Shown piece by piece: positions 10,670-23,900 of a stretch of 32,770 bases of DNA. A model generated the notes under the pieces. It worked only from the letters and a program-made list of their open reading frames with translations, was not told where the DNA came from and searched no databases. The stretch's first letter is position 1, and every line of letters begins with the position of its first letter. Origin of the DNA: Nemertoderma westbladi (taxonomy: Eukaryota > Animalia > Xenacoelomorpha); assembly GCA_032718475.1 (NCBI GenBank), contig JAUCBJ010004662.1:1-32770 (forward strand), in the 5' to 3' direction. A program made the translations under genes and the position numbers.

Positions 10670-13600
10670 TATGAGTACAAAAACGACACATATTATGAGT
10701 ACAATACAAACCCGACACTTATGAGTACAATACAAAGCTGAAACTTATGAGTACAATACAAAGCCGACACTTATGAGTAAAATATAAAGCCGACACTTAT
10801 GAGTACAATACAAACCCGACACTTATGAGTACAATATAAAACCGACACTTATGACTCATGAGTACAATACAGAGCCGATACTTATGAGTACAATACAGAG
10901 CCGATACTTATGAGTACAATACAGAGCCGATACTTATGAGTACAAAGCCGACACTTATATGAGTACAATATAAAACCGACACTTATGAGTACAATACAAA
11001 GCCGACACTTATAAGTACAATACAAAGCTGACACTTATGAGTACAATACAAACCCGACACTTATGAGTACAATATAAAACCGACACTTATGACTCATGAG
11101 TACAATACAGAGCCGATACTTATGAGTACAATACAGAGCCGATACTTATGAGTACAAAGCCGACACTTATATGAGTACAAAGCCGATACTTATGAGTACA
11201 ATATAAAACCGACACTTATGAGTACAATACAAATCCGACACTTATGAGTACAATATAAAACCGACACTTATGAGTACAATACAAAGCTGACACTTATGAG
11301 TCCACAATACAAAGGCACTGAACACGTTATGAGTCAGCCCACAATATCAAAGCCGACACTTATGAGTACAATGCAAAGCCGACACTTATGAGTTCAATAC
11401 AAAGCCGACACTTATGAGTACAATATAAAGCCGACACTTATGAGTACAATACAAAGCCGACACCTTATCCGAGTCACAATATACAAACCGACACTTATGA
11501 GTCAAGCCGCACAATACAAAGCCGACACTTATGAGTACAAAGCCGATACTTATGAGTACAATATAAAACCGACACTTATGAGTACAATACAAAGCCGACA
11601 CTTATGAGTACAATATAAAACCGACACTTATGAGTACAATACAAAGCCGACACTTATGAGTACATCCCACAGGCACAAACCGCACTCATGATATAAAGGC
11701 AAAACGTATATAGATACAAAGGCAAAACTTATATAGAGTACAAAGCCGACACTTATATGAGTACAAAGCCGACACTTATGAGTACAAAGCCGACACTTAT
11801 ATGAGTACAAAGCCGACACTTATATGAGTACAAAGCCGACACTTATGAGTACAATACAAATCCGACACTTATGAGTACAATATAAAACCGACACTTATGA
11901 GTACAATACAAAGCTGACACTTATGAGTACAAAGGCAAAACGTATATAGATACAAAGGCAAAACTTATATAGATACAAAGGCAAAATGTATATTGTATAT
12001 AGAGTACAAAGCCACACTTATATGAGTACAAAGCCGACACTTATGAGTACAATGCAAAGCCGACACTTATGAGTTCAATATAAAACCGACACTTATGAGT
12101 ACAATATAAAACCGACACTTATGAGTACAATACAAAGCCGACACTCATGAGTATAAAGGCAAAACGTATATAGATACAAAGGCAAAACTGTATATAGAGT
12201 ACAAAGCCGACACTTATATGAGTACAAAGCCGACACTTATATGAGTACAAAGCCGACACTTATATGAGTACAAAGCCGATACTTATGAGTACAATATAAA
12301 ACCGACACTTATGAGTACAATACAAAGCCGACACTTATGAGTACAATACAAAGCCGACACTTATGAGTACAATACAAAGCCGACACTTATGAGTACAATA
12401 TAAAACCGACACTTATGAGTACAATACAAAGCCGACACTCATGAGTATAAAGGCAAAACGTATATAGATACAAAGGCAAAACTTATATAGAGTACAAAGC
12501 CGACACTTATATGAGTACAAAGCCGACACTTATGAGTACAAAGCCGACACTTATATGAGTACAAAGCCGACACTTATGAGTACAATGCAAAGCCGACACT
12601 TATGAGTACAATATAAAACCGACACTTATGAGTACAATATAAAACCGACACTTATGACTCATGAGTACAATACAGAGCCGATACTTATGAGTACAAAGCC
12701 GACACTTATATGAGTACAATACAAATCCGACACTTATGAGTACAATATAAAACCGACACTTATGAGTACAATACAAAGCTGACACTTATGAGTACAAAGG
12801 CAAAACGTATATAGATACAAAGGCAAAACTTATATAGATACAAAGGCAAAATGTATATTGTATATAGAGTACAAAGCCGACACTTATATGAGTACAAAGC
12901 CGACACTTATGAGTACAATGCAAAGCCGACACTTATGAGTACAATATAAAACCGACACTTATGAGTACAATATAAAACCGACACTTATGAGTACAATACA
13001 AAGCCGACACTCATGAGTATAAAGGCAAAACGTATATAGATACAAAGGCAAAACTTATATAGAGTACAAAGCCGACACTTATATGAGTACAAAGCCGACA
13101 CTTATATGAGTACAAAGCCGACACTTATGAGTACAAAGCCGACACTTATATGAGTACAAAGCCGACACTTATATGAGTACAAAGCCGACACTTATATGAG
13201 TACAAAGCCGACACTTATATGAGTACAAAGCCGACACTTATGAGTACAAAGGCAAAACGTATATAGAGTACAAAGCCGACACTTATATGAGTACAAAGCC
13301 GACACTTATGAGTACAAAGGCAAAACGTATATAGATACAAAGGCGAAATGTATATAGAGTACAAAGCCGACACTTATATGAGTACAAAGCCGACACTTAT
13401 ATGAGTACAAAGCCGACACTTATGAGTACAAAGGCAAAACGTATATAGATACAAAGGCAAAATGTATATAGAGTACAAAGCCGACACTTATATGAGTACA
13501 AAGCCGACACTTATATGAGTACAAAGCCGACACTTATATGAGTACAAAGCCGACACTTATATGAGTACAAAGCCGACACTTATGAGTACAAAGCCGACAC

Positions 13601-13992
13601 TTATATGAGTACAAAGCCGACACTTATGATAGTACAAAGCCGACACTTATATGAGTACAAAGCCGACACTTATATGAGTACAAAGGCAAAACGTATATAG
13701 ATACAAAGGCGAAATGTATATAGAGTACAAAGCCGACACTTATATGAGTACAAAGCCGACACTTATGAGTACAAAGGCAAAACGTATATAGATACAAAGG
13801 CGAAATGTATATAGAGTACAAAGCCGACACTTATATGAGTACAAAGCCGACACTTATGAGTACAAAGGCAAAACGTATATAGATACAAAGGCGAAATGTA
13901 TATAGAATACAAAGCCGACACTTATATGAGTACAAAGCCGACACTTATGAGTACAAAGCCGACACTTATATGAGTACAAAGCCGACACTTAT
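10670..13992. repeat. 3.3-kb complex minisatellite (21/23/26-bp units ATGAGTACAA[TACAA]AGCCGACACTT[AT], interspersed with an AAAGGCAAAACGTATATAGAT variant)
   Basis: Directly visible tandem array; 26-bp units dominate on the left, 21/23-bp units on the right. Confidence 0.97.
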
Positions 13993-13995
13993 CTT

Positions 13996-16135
13996 CTAAT
14001 ATGAGTATAAATTAGAACGTAGCCGTCTACTCTTGGTATAATACGGGTTGGTACCCGTTAGCAAAGAATCAATAACATCGAATAGGGGATCGGGGTAAAT
14101 AAAATTGAGTGAAAATATAAGTCCGACGGCAAAAAGAACAGCTGTATCAATTCCATGTAAGAAACAGTTGCACCGAGCTCTCCAGTGCGTGACTCGTCAC
14201 TTTCCAAATCCCCAAATCCTGGAGTTTCGGCGTCTTCCTGTATAAACAAAATAAAAATAATGTTGTGATCAATATTGGAAAAATGGAAATCAACTTGTTA
14301 CACATGTGAGGGGGGGGGGGGGGGGGTGTTCGAAAAAATGTCAACAAAATTGTTAAATTATAATATATAAATTCTAAATAAATGAATAACACATAAAAAT
14401 TCAAAAGTTTAGAAGTGGTGATTAAGGTCAAAAGATGAAAAAAAGATCAAAAAATTTGTTTGATGGGCCAATTAAAATAAAAATTTATCGTCACAATTCA
14501 GCTAAATTATTAATTTATAAACGAGAATGTGTTATGGAACTGTAGCACACTGCTTTTTAATTCTACTCCACCAACCACCAAAACCTTAAACAGAAGTAAA
14601 ATATTAAAAATATATTTTTTCGCAAACATATATTTATTTATTTGTAATTCCCTCTTAAGGCTAGTAGGATCGCGTCTTTTCAATAGAAGTGGAATAAATA
14701 GAAAGGCAAGTGCCAGGGGTGAGTGGTAGAATCGGATAGCGATACTGAAGCTATCGTATCGAAGTACTGGTACTTACAGGATCCCTTATTTCTATTGATG
14801 AACCTTGGAAATATTCATTAAGGCCCATCAAAATAGAAACTCTACTCGAACAGCCCCATGCCTCAGCCCGTTTCATCTCTTTCTCAATTGCCATACGACG
14901 CGATGTCGGGGAAGTAGATTTGAATATTTTTATGAGGTTTGATGTGTGAGGTTCTAATAACTTCCAGTCTAAATCCATATTCGTTAGGAGACGGAATTCC
15001 TGACAAACCTAGAGATAAATGGTTAAAAAATTACTTTCTTTAATCCTTTTAACTAAAGCCCATTACGGAGTTGCGGTACAACCAATAATAATATATCATA
15101 TAGCCTAGCCACAACAAAATATAACTATAGGGAGTGTGAACCAGACAAATATATGTAAAATATAAATACATATCACATATGCCATTTCTGTACTAACAAT
15201 GTCGAATTCCTTTAGTGCAGGCCACTTAGCGATGATGTCATTCACGGGCATGTTTGAAACTACATCCTTCCTCCTAGTAGGAAATGTTGTATGCATTTCA
15301 ACTATAAGAGTTGGGCTCAGAGTTGATCACAGACATCATCCACAGAATCTGTCTCCATAGTATTCATTTCCGATTGCATAGATATAATTGATGTTTCTTC
15401 CATGTCTGCAGTGACATTTAGAGACTTCTCTGGGAAATAGTTCACTACTCCTCGTCTGGCTTTCTTAATATTTTTATTGCTGTTGACACCTTTCCCCTTT
15501 CCTGAATTAACCGCAACCTCTGCAGACCCATACTTAGCTAATTCACGGCGGAGGTCACTCATCTTACTTTGGAGACGGATAACCCATACTTCGATACCAG
15601 CTGTATCCAAAGGATCTTGAGATTTAAGTTGTGGGAATCGCGTTATCAATTCCTTAGCTACAAGTCGGAAGTCCATAAGTGTAGGATATGCATTAATCTC
15701 ATGCATTGCCTGGACAAGTGGGGTTGGAAGCCAACCCTTCAGTTTCTTCTGAGTGACTAGATTAGCGGGGGATTCAATGTATTTCATTCTTTGTTCTATA
15801 TCAATGCCATATTGTGGCATAACAAAACTGTTAGCGAATGTTGCGGTGTTACAACGAAGAATAGGAGCTGCATACATACTCGACCCAGGAATTGCTTGAA
15901 TACCAGTACCAGAAACAGTATCTTGTCCATGAAACATACTAGAGATATCATTTTGAGCCTTCTTTACAAGATTTACTTGCCCAATTTGAAATTTGAGGGA
16001 AGATAATTCCTCAAATGGTGTCAATTGAAGAGCAACGGTCGAATTAATTCCACCTTCTTTAAATTTTTGAAGTGTTTCCTCTGTAAACGAGTACTTTGAT
16101 AAAAAGGCAATCCATTCTGACTCCGCAGATGTCAT
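13996..16135 (-). pseudogene. SAMD3-like (SAM domain-containing, transposon-associated) gene, three exons (16135-15198, 15008-14778, 14237-13996), frameshifted
   Basis: SAM-like N-terminus (FLSKYSF..FKEGGINSTVALQLT..LKFQIGQ); motifs LQSKMSDLRREL..EVAVNSGK..NIKKARRGVVNYFP, MHTTFPTRRKDVV..KWPAL, VCQEFRLLTN, AVLFAVGLIFSLNFIYP. GT-AG phase-0 introns. Frameshift/stop at ~15317-15296 and a frameshift in exon 3. Confidence 0.7.
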
Positions 16136-17481
16136 TCTAGCTCACAATGATATATATTATATTATATATACGGATGTCGTTTGGTAGTAGGCCCAATATA
16201 TATAGACTAATAATAATAATATTATAGTATTATCTGTATCTGTCTGCCGTAGGCCTATAATTTGAAATTTTTTCAAATTTCAAATACAGAAATATAAGGT
16301 TTAAGTACAGAAGTAGGCCTATCTGAGTAAAGATAAAATATTTTAGGATATTTAACATATAGGCCTAACAATATGCCTAGCCTATTTAACAAGTAAATTG
16401 AAGTTTAAAAACGAAAAAGACTTTCATTGCATTGTGACATCCTGACACCAGTCAGCCAGTAAATAAGACAAAACATATTAGAAAAAACTGCAAACTAAAT
16501 CAATGAATTTACGCACAAATTTTGCAAAATCAACGTATAAGTACCGGTATGATACAAATTTTAGAAAAAACTGCAAACTAAATCAATGTACCGGTAGGGC
16601 GGTAGGCCCTATTTAAGCACAAATTGCAAATGTTGCAAAATATATCGATTGATGGTTAAGTTAACTAACACTCTGCCTAATCACTAATGCAGTAATGGCC
16701 TAATACAATAATGTAATACAATAGGCCCTAATCAGCTAATTGCTAATGTAATACAGTAATAACAATACAATAATGTAGGCTAATAGGCCTATCAGCCTAT
16801 AGCTATACCTGTATACTGCTGTACTGGCAACTGGATAGGCTACCTACTGCTACTACTGTCAGTCTCTGAGTCTGCAGGTCTGTCAGTGTCAGACCATACT
16901 ACAGTACTACCTACCGCCTACCGCTACCGGCTGACCGGTACATCAATGTAAATGTAATACAGTAATGTACCGGCAGAACGGTAGGCTGTAGGTACTGACA
17001 GACTGAGCTGTTGAAAGAGTGTGGAGTGTCTGAGTGCAGAGTGCGCTGGCTGATGAAGTGATGTCAGAATATGACAAACCAACACCAGAACACTGCACTT
17101 ACTGTTACTACTAGATTACTGCAGTACCGGTACCGGTACCAGAAGCAGAGAAGTTAGCAGAAGTTACGAAGTTAAGGGGCTATGCTTAAATTTAAGGCGC
17201 TAAAGTCTATTGACCAATAGGAAATTGAGTGTCTATATTGAAAAGCTAAACAACTAAGGTACAAACAGCACAAAATTGTTATGGTAAAAATACCATATTC
17301 AATACAACATATTTGTGTGCAAAATGGCTAATTCACTAATGGTTTACATCACCATAACATTGTTATAGTAACGATGCCATTCGTTTATGGTGAAGTTGTT
17401 TCACCATAACTAAGTTAATTCAAAAACTGCATACGGGTTTACAGTGTAGTAGTAGTAATACCATTTTGTGTGATGTGTTAT

Positions 17482-17930
17482 GTTACCAATTTCAGACGCG
17501 GGTTACCAATTTCAGTCCCCGATTACCAATTCAAGTGACTGGTTACCAATTTCAGTCCCCGGTTACCAATTTCAGTCCGTGATTACCAATTCAAGTGACT
17601 GGTTACCAATTTCAGTCACTGGTTTCCAATTCAGTTTCTGGTTTCAAATTTCAGTCCCCGGTTACCGATTTCAGTTTCTGATTTCCAATTTCAGTCCCAG
17701 GTTACCAATTTCAGTCACTGGTTACAAATTTCAGTCACTGTTTACCAATTTCAGTCGCCGGTTACCAATTTCAGTCCCAGGTTACCAATTTCAGTCACCG
17801 GTTACAAATTTCAGTCACTGGTTACCAATTTCAGTCGCCGGTTACCAATTTTAGTCCCCGGTTACTAATTTCAGTTTCCAATCTCTAGTTACCAATTCAA
17901 TTTCCGGTTACCAATTTCAGTCCCCAGTTA
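17482..17930. repeat. 20-bp minisatellite (GGTTACCAATTTCAGTCNCC), ~22 copies
   Basis: Visible tandem array; accounts for ORF 17480-17854. Confidence 0.95.
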
Positions 17931-18278
17931 CCCAACCCCAGCTATAGTATATGGTTACCCCGACCCTTCCACCCCAAAATACCAACCCCCCCCCCCCCCC
18001 CCACCACCAAAAAATGTTTCATTTAACATATATTTACAATAACTAATTGTTGTGGAATACTATATATATTATTATTGATGACTACTGATTCGTATGCATG
18101 GTTGAAATTTTGCACATAATTTCAAGAAGAATTCACTTTAGTGCAAAGAATTATAATTTATTTAATGTTCTCTGGTATTTCTGGTGTGTTCCAAAAGACC
18201 TCCACTTCCACCAGCTTAGGGTTATGTGTTACTTCCACAAATAATAATACACAAGTAATATAAATTGGGGGGGTTCTA

Positions 18279-18312
18279 TGCGCCTGTCGATTTATACGAA
18301 TCGACAGGCGCA
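18279..18312. other. Perfect 14-bp stem-loop, probable end of a non-autonomous Helentron-type element
   Basis: TGCGCCTGTCGATT-TATACG-AATCGACAGGCGCA; the adjacent 17930-18200 resembles 6730-6790 and 8030-8070. Confidence 0.45.
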
Positions 18313-19360
18313 ACAAAAGTATTTGGAATATTATGCCCATGTATATTTATATATGTAAGCCTTCAAGTATAAACAAAACTGACCTTAACAAAATCAAGGT
18401 AGGCATTTGTTATTTTCCATCAGCAACATGGGCTTTAACTTTTAACTTTACATGGCATTAATAATACTGTAATATTCTAGAACAATACCACATGGCCAAC
18501 GCCGTCGGCCATGCACTCGCACGGCGCAAATGCTCCATTTGCGCTCTCCACCTGGATAGGGTGTAGTAGTGAACTTGTCTCTACCGGTCAGTTAGCAAAC
18601 ATTAAGAATGAATTAGTAGTTATTATCCGACATCAGTACAATAATATTCAGTTACGTTTGACAGTTTATTATAACCAACGAACAATATATGTACTGTACA
18701 TATCATAGTCTACAGAAACATCAAGTCTTTCTTTAAGTGTATGAACCATCCATACCTGAACTGCACGTGTAGTCGTGCAAGCTCACGTTTACGGTATGGC
18801 AACGGCACACATCTACACAACTCAGTTACCGTAACAGTTTTGTTTGGTACCATTACCGGTAATGCTCTTCTGGCACAAGCCTGGTCTGTGCTGCTATGAC
18901 TGTATCTATGGTATAGCCTATGTAAGAAATGTAACATAAATTGTAAATTTAACAAATGTAACACGTGGGAGTTAAAAAATCTTAAGAGTAATCTTCTTTT
19001 TAGTATACATTTTTTATATCTCACGCCAGCCGCTAGGGGGCGCCAAATTTTTTTTCAAATCTATACATTCCCTTTTCGATTGTTTATTTTTTCTATGAAT
19101 TTTTTAACCACATTTGGGAAATACTGTATAATATAAATATATATATAAATCTTTAACAAAGTAAAAGTGCCTATACAGGAGTTGCAGGCGAATTGGATGC
19201 ACTATTTGCACAGTTTAAAATTGATTTAAATATAGTTAAAAGGGTTTGCCTACACAGTAAAATAACTGTCACAATGTTACATAAAATAAATTACAGTAAA
19301 AGAGAACAGTTGAAAGTTTTTGGTTCCTGAAAGACTTCTGAGACTTCAGAATCAAGTTAA

Positions 19361-20300
19361 TTATAGACAAGCTAACTTTACCAAATGCATAATCGCGGAG
19401 TCTCGTGAGACACGAATGTCAGCTAGTCCACTAATATGAATATTGAGTCCTTGGTGAGAGATTGTTTCCACGAAAGCAGAATTTCGTAGGCCGCTTTGTT
19501 TGCACTCGAAGAGAAAGTGTTCTGCTGTTTCGGGATAACCGCAACTCCCACATATTTTGATATCATCACAATCGCCAATTTTTTTTCTCACGTAGTGTTT
19601 ACCTGTCCAGTTAATATATCCAAAATAAATGTTTCGAGTGAGCGGGAACAAGTGAAATGGGACTGAGAGAAGGAGTATTATTTAGTATTACATCACTTTC
19701 TTGAATAGCCGTTACGTGTTTTTCCAGTCAGTTCATTTCGGTATAATACATCCATTTATTTTTTTAGAGTCATCAAGATCAGATAGTTGTGGGACAGAGT
19801 TTGTGGATCTGGTATTCAGCTTCCATGAGAGGAATGAGATCAGATAGTTGTGGGACAGAGTTTGTGGATCTGGTATTCAGCTTCCATGAGAGGAATGAGA
19901 TTAGATAGTTGTGGGACAGAGTTTGTGGATCTGGTATTCAGCTTCCATGAGAGGAATGAGATCAGATAGTTGTGGGACAGAGTTTGTGGATCTGGTATTC
20001 AGCTTCCATGAGAGGAATGAGATCAGATAGTTGTGGGACAGAGTTTGTGGATCTGGTATTCAGCTTCCATGTGAGGAATGAGATCAGATAGTTGTGGGAC
20101 AGAGTTTGTGGATCTGGTATTCAGCTTCCATGAGAGGAATGAGATCAGATAGTTGTGGGACAGAGTTTGTGGATCTGGTATTCAGCTTCTACGAGAGGAA
20201 TGAGCGCACCTCATTGTAGTGAGAGTTATAACAATGTTTACCTGTAAAATAGGAACTATTAAGCGAAAACGCACAGGCTGGGTGTTCCGGTCTTGATATA
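19361..20300 (-). pseudogene. Decayed non-LTR retrotransposon 3' fragment with C-terminal zinc knuckle
   Basis: CGSCGYPETAEHFLFEC (CX2CX7HX4C) as found at LINE ORF2 C-termini; multiple stops upstream; left-hand (5') boundary of the element uncertain. Confidence 0.55.
19777..20203. repeat. 61-bp tandem repeat, 7 near-identical copies
   Basis: GATCAGATAGTTGTGGGACAGAGTTTGTGGATCTGGTATTCAGCTTCCATGAGAGGAATGA with 61-bp period. Confidence 0.97.
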
Positions 20301-20843
20301 TGTTTCAATATATATTTAACGCGTTTTATATAAACAAAACAAATTATTTGAAAAAACACTAGGGGGATACCCCCCCCCCCCCCCTCCCTCCTTAAAATTA
20401 TAAAATATAACATATTGTAATCATTACTGTCAAACAATACTCATATTACTGCAAATAATTGTTGCAAATTATTCCGTTTGAGTGGAAATAATATGACCTG
20501 TATAATAATTAAAGATGATTAAATTTAATTAAACAACGTGGAAGTTATCTTCAATGTGTACAAAATATACAATAATTGGTAAACATGAATGTCTTTCATA
20601 TTGTGAGATGTGATGGAATTAAAATAAATAAATATTTAGTATGAAACAATATTATATGTAATGAAAAAATTAAACGTATTTCATGAGAGAAAAGATATAT
20701 TTTATTTTTAGTGAAAGACATCTTACATTAATCAAAAGGAAAGTAATTAGATCAGTGTATCTAATATTTGAAATGAATAGGCGGGGTAGCAGGTATATAA
20801 ATCACTAAATCATATTTATCACACTCTTTTTTATATATTTTAG

Positions 20844-20946
20844 GAATTGTATGAATGTGTAAAGAAAATTAATGGACCAAATATTCCCAGACCAGAATTT
20901 ATTGAGGGCGATTTATCAACATGTGACTGCGACCAGGGACAATTGG
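20844..20946 (+). CDS. Calpain protease-core (CysPc) exon A: ELYECVKKINGPNIPRPEFIEGDLSTCDCDQGQL(G)
   Basis: Acceptor TTTTAG|GAA, donor G|GTTAGT (phase 1); matches calpain P.FI.G....D..QG.LG and joins exon B in frame. Confidence 0.85.
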
Positions 20947-23900
20947 GTTAGTTCCAAACCGGTGGTACGTCACTGCGACCAGGGACAATTGGTTTAGTTC
21001 CAAACCGGTACGTGACTGCGACCAGGGACAATTGGGTTAGTTCCAAACTGGTATGTGACTGCGACCAGGGACAATTGGGTTAGTTTCAAACCGGTATGTG
21101 ACTGCGACCAGGGACATTTGGGTTAGTTCCAAACAGGTGGTACGTGACTGCAACCAGGGACATTTGTGTTAGTTTCTAACCGGTGGTACGTGACTGCGAC
21201 CAGGGACAATTGGGTTTGTTCCAAACCGTTGGTACGTGACTGCGACCAGGGACAATTGGGTTAGTTCCAAACCGGTGGTATGTAACTGCGACCAGGGACA
21301 ATTGGGTTAGTTCCAAACCGGTGCGTGACTGCGACCAGGGACAATTTGGTTAGTTCCAAACCGGTACGTGACTGCGACCAGGGACAATTGGGTTAGTTCC
21401 AAACCGGTACGTGACTGCGACCAGGGACAATTGGGTTAGTTCCAAACCGGTACGTGACTGCGACCAAGGATAATTGGGTTAGTTCCAAACCGGTACATGA
21501 CTGCGACCAGGGATAATTGGGTTAGTTCCAAACTGGTACGTGACTGCGACCAGGGACAATTGGGTTAGTTCCAAACCGGTGGTACGTGACTGCGACCAGG
21601 GACATTTTTGTTAGTTCCTAACCGGTGGTACGTGACTGCGACCAGGGACAATTGGGTTTGTTTCAAACCGTTGGTTCGTGACTGCGACCAGGGACAATTG
21701 GGTTAGTTCCAAACCGGTGGTATGTAACTGCGACAAGGGACAATTGGGTTAGTTCCAAACCGGTGCGTGACTGCGACCAGGGACAATTGGGATAGTTCCA
21801 AACCGGTACGTGACTGCGACCAGGGACAATTGGGTTAGTTCCAAACCGGTACGTGACTGCGACCAGGGACAGTTGGGTTAGTTCCAAACCGGTACGTGAC
21901 TGTGACCAGGGATAATTGGGTTAGTTCCAAACCGGTACGTGACTGCGACCAGGGATAATTGGATTAGTTCCAAACCGGTACGTTACTGCGACCAGGGACA
22001 ATTGGGTTAGTTCCAAACCGGTGGTACGTGACTGCGACCAGGGACATTTGGGTTAGTTCCAAACCAGTACGTGACTGCGACCAGGGACAATTGGGTTAGT
22101 TCCAAACCGGTGGTACGTGACTGCGACCAGGGACAATTGGGTTAGTTCCAAACCGGTGATACGTGACTGCGACCAGAGACAATTGGGTTGATTCCAAACC
22201 GGTACATGACTGCGACCAGGGACAATTGGGTTAGTTCCAAACCGGTGGTACGTCACTGCGACCTGGGACAATTGGTTTAGTTCCAAACCGGTACGTGACT
22301 GCGACCAGGGACAATTGGGTTAGTTCCAAACTGGTGTGACTGCGACCAGGGACAATTAGGTTAGTTTCAAACTGGTATGTGACTGCGACCAGGGACATTT
22401 GGGTTAGTTCCAAACAGGTGGTACGTGACTGCGACCAGGGACATTTGTGTTAGTTTCCTAACCGGTGGTACGTGACTGCGACCAGGGACAATTGGGTTTG
22501 TTCCAAACCGTTGGTACGTGACTGCGACCAGGGACAATTGGGTTAGTTCCAAACCAGTGGTATGTAACTGCGACCAGGGACAATTGGGTTAGTTCCAAAC
22601 CGGTGTGTGACTGTGACCAGGGACAATTGGGTTAGTTCCAAACCGGTACGTGACTGCGACCAGGTACAATTTGGTTAGTTCCAAACCGGTACGTGACTGC
22701 GACCAGGGACAATTGGGTTAGTTCCAAACTGGTATGTGACTGCGACCAGGGACAATTAGGTTAGTTTCAAACTGGTATGTGACTGCGACCAGGGACATTT
22801 GGGTTAGTTCCAAACAGGTGGTACGTGACTGCGACCAGGGACATTTGTGTTAGTTTCCTAACCGGTGGTACGTGACTGCGACCAGGGACAATTGGGTTTG
22901 TTCCAAACCGGTGGTATGTAACTGCGACCAGGGACAATTGGGTTAGTTCCAAACCGGTGCGTGACTGCGACCAGGGACAATTGGGTTAGTTCCAAACCGG
23001 TACGTGACTGCGACCAGGGACAATTGGGTTAGTTCCAAACCGGTATGTGACTGCGACCAGGGACAATTGGGTTAGTTCCAAACAGGTACGTGACTGCGAC
23101 CAGGGATAATTGGGTTAGTTCCAAACCGGTACGTGACTGCGACCAGGGATAATTGGGTTAGTTCCAAACCGGTACGTGACTGCGACCAGGGACAATTGGG
23201 CTAGTTCCAAACCGGTGGTACGTGACTGCGACCAGGGACATTTGTGTTAGTTTCCTAACCGGTGGTACGTGACTGCGACCAGGGACAATTGGGTTTGTTC
23301 CAAACCGGTGGTATGTAACTGCGACCAGGGACAATTGGGTTAGTTCCAAACCGGTGCGTGACTGCGACCAGGGACAATTGGGTTAGTTCCAAACCGGTAC
23401 GTGACTGCGACCAGGGACAATTGGGTTAGTTCCAAACCAGTACGTGACTGCGACCAGGGACAATTGGGTTAGTTCCAAACAGGTACGTGACTGCGACCAG
23501 GGATAATTGGGTTAGTTCCAAACCGGTGGTACGTGACTGCGACCAGGGTCAATTGGGTTAGTTCCAAACTGGTATGTGACTGCGACCAGGGACAATTGGG
23601 TTAGTTACGTTACTGCGACCAGGGACAATTGGGTTAGTTCCAAACTGGTATGTGACTGCGACGAAGGACAATTGGGTTAGTTCCAAACCGGTACGTGACT
23701 GCGACCAGGGACATTTGGGTTAGTTCCAAACCGGTGGTACGTGACTGCGACCAGGGACAATTGGGTTAGTTCCAAACCGGTGGTACGTGACTGCGACCAG
23801 GGACAATTGGGTTAGTTCCAAACCGGTGGTACGTGACTGCGACCAGGGACAATTGGGTTAGTTCCAAACCAGTGGTACGTGACTGCGAACAGGGACAATT

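Larger units (their letters stand above)
10083..17446. mobile_element. 7.36-kb CACTG-ended (EnSpm/CACTA, CMC-like) DNA transposon with no recognisable transposase
   Basis: 13-bp TIRs CACTGTAAACCCG (10083-10095) / CGGGTTTACAGTG (17434-17446); TA on both sides (10081-82, 17447-48); subterminal motif TCACCATAA/TTATGGTGA repeated at both ends (~10107, 10170, 10220; 17349, 17385, 17401). Confidence 0.85.

Noticed and set aside
11295-11700. Scrambled satellite units as distinct inserted sequence
   Set aside because: The scattered small indels look like low-quality consensus in a repeat; this cannot be resolved without reads.
16700-17160. ACCGGT/TAGGCCT/CAGT-rich stretch as a structured element (similar at 27060-27800)
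   Set aside because: Low-complexity, slippage-like sequence with no consistent period or boundaries.
11386-23349. Short ORFs within the satellites (MSALY..., MELTQL..., MLPISD...)
   Set aside because: They are translations of tandem repeats, mostly with non-triplet periods, and show no protein features.
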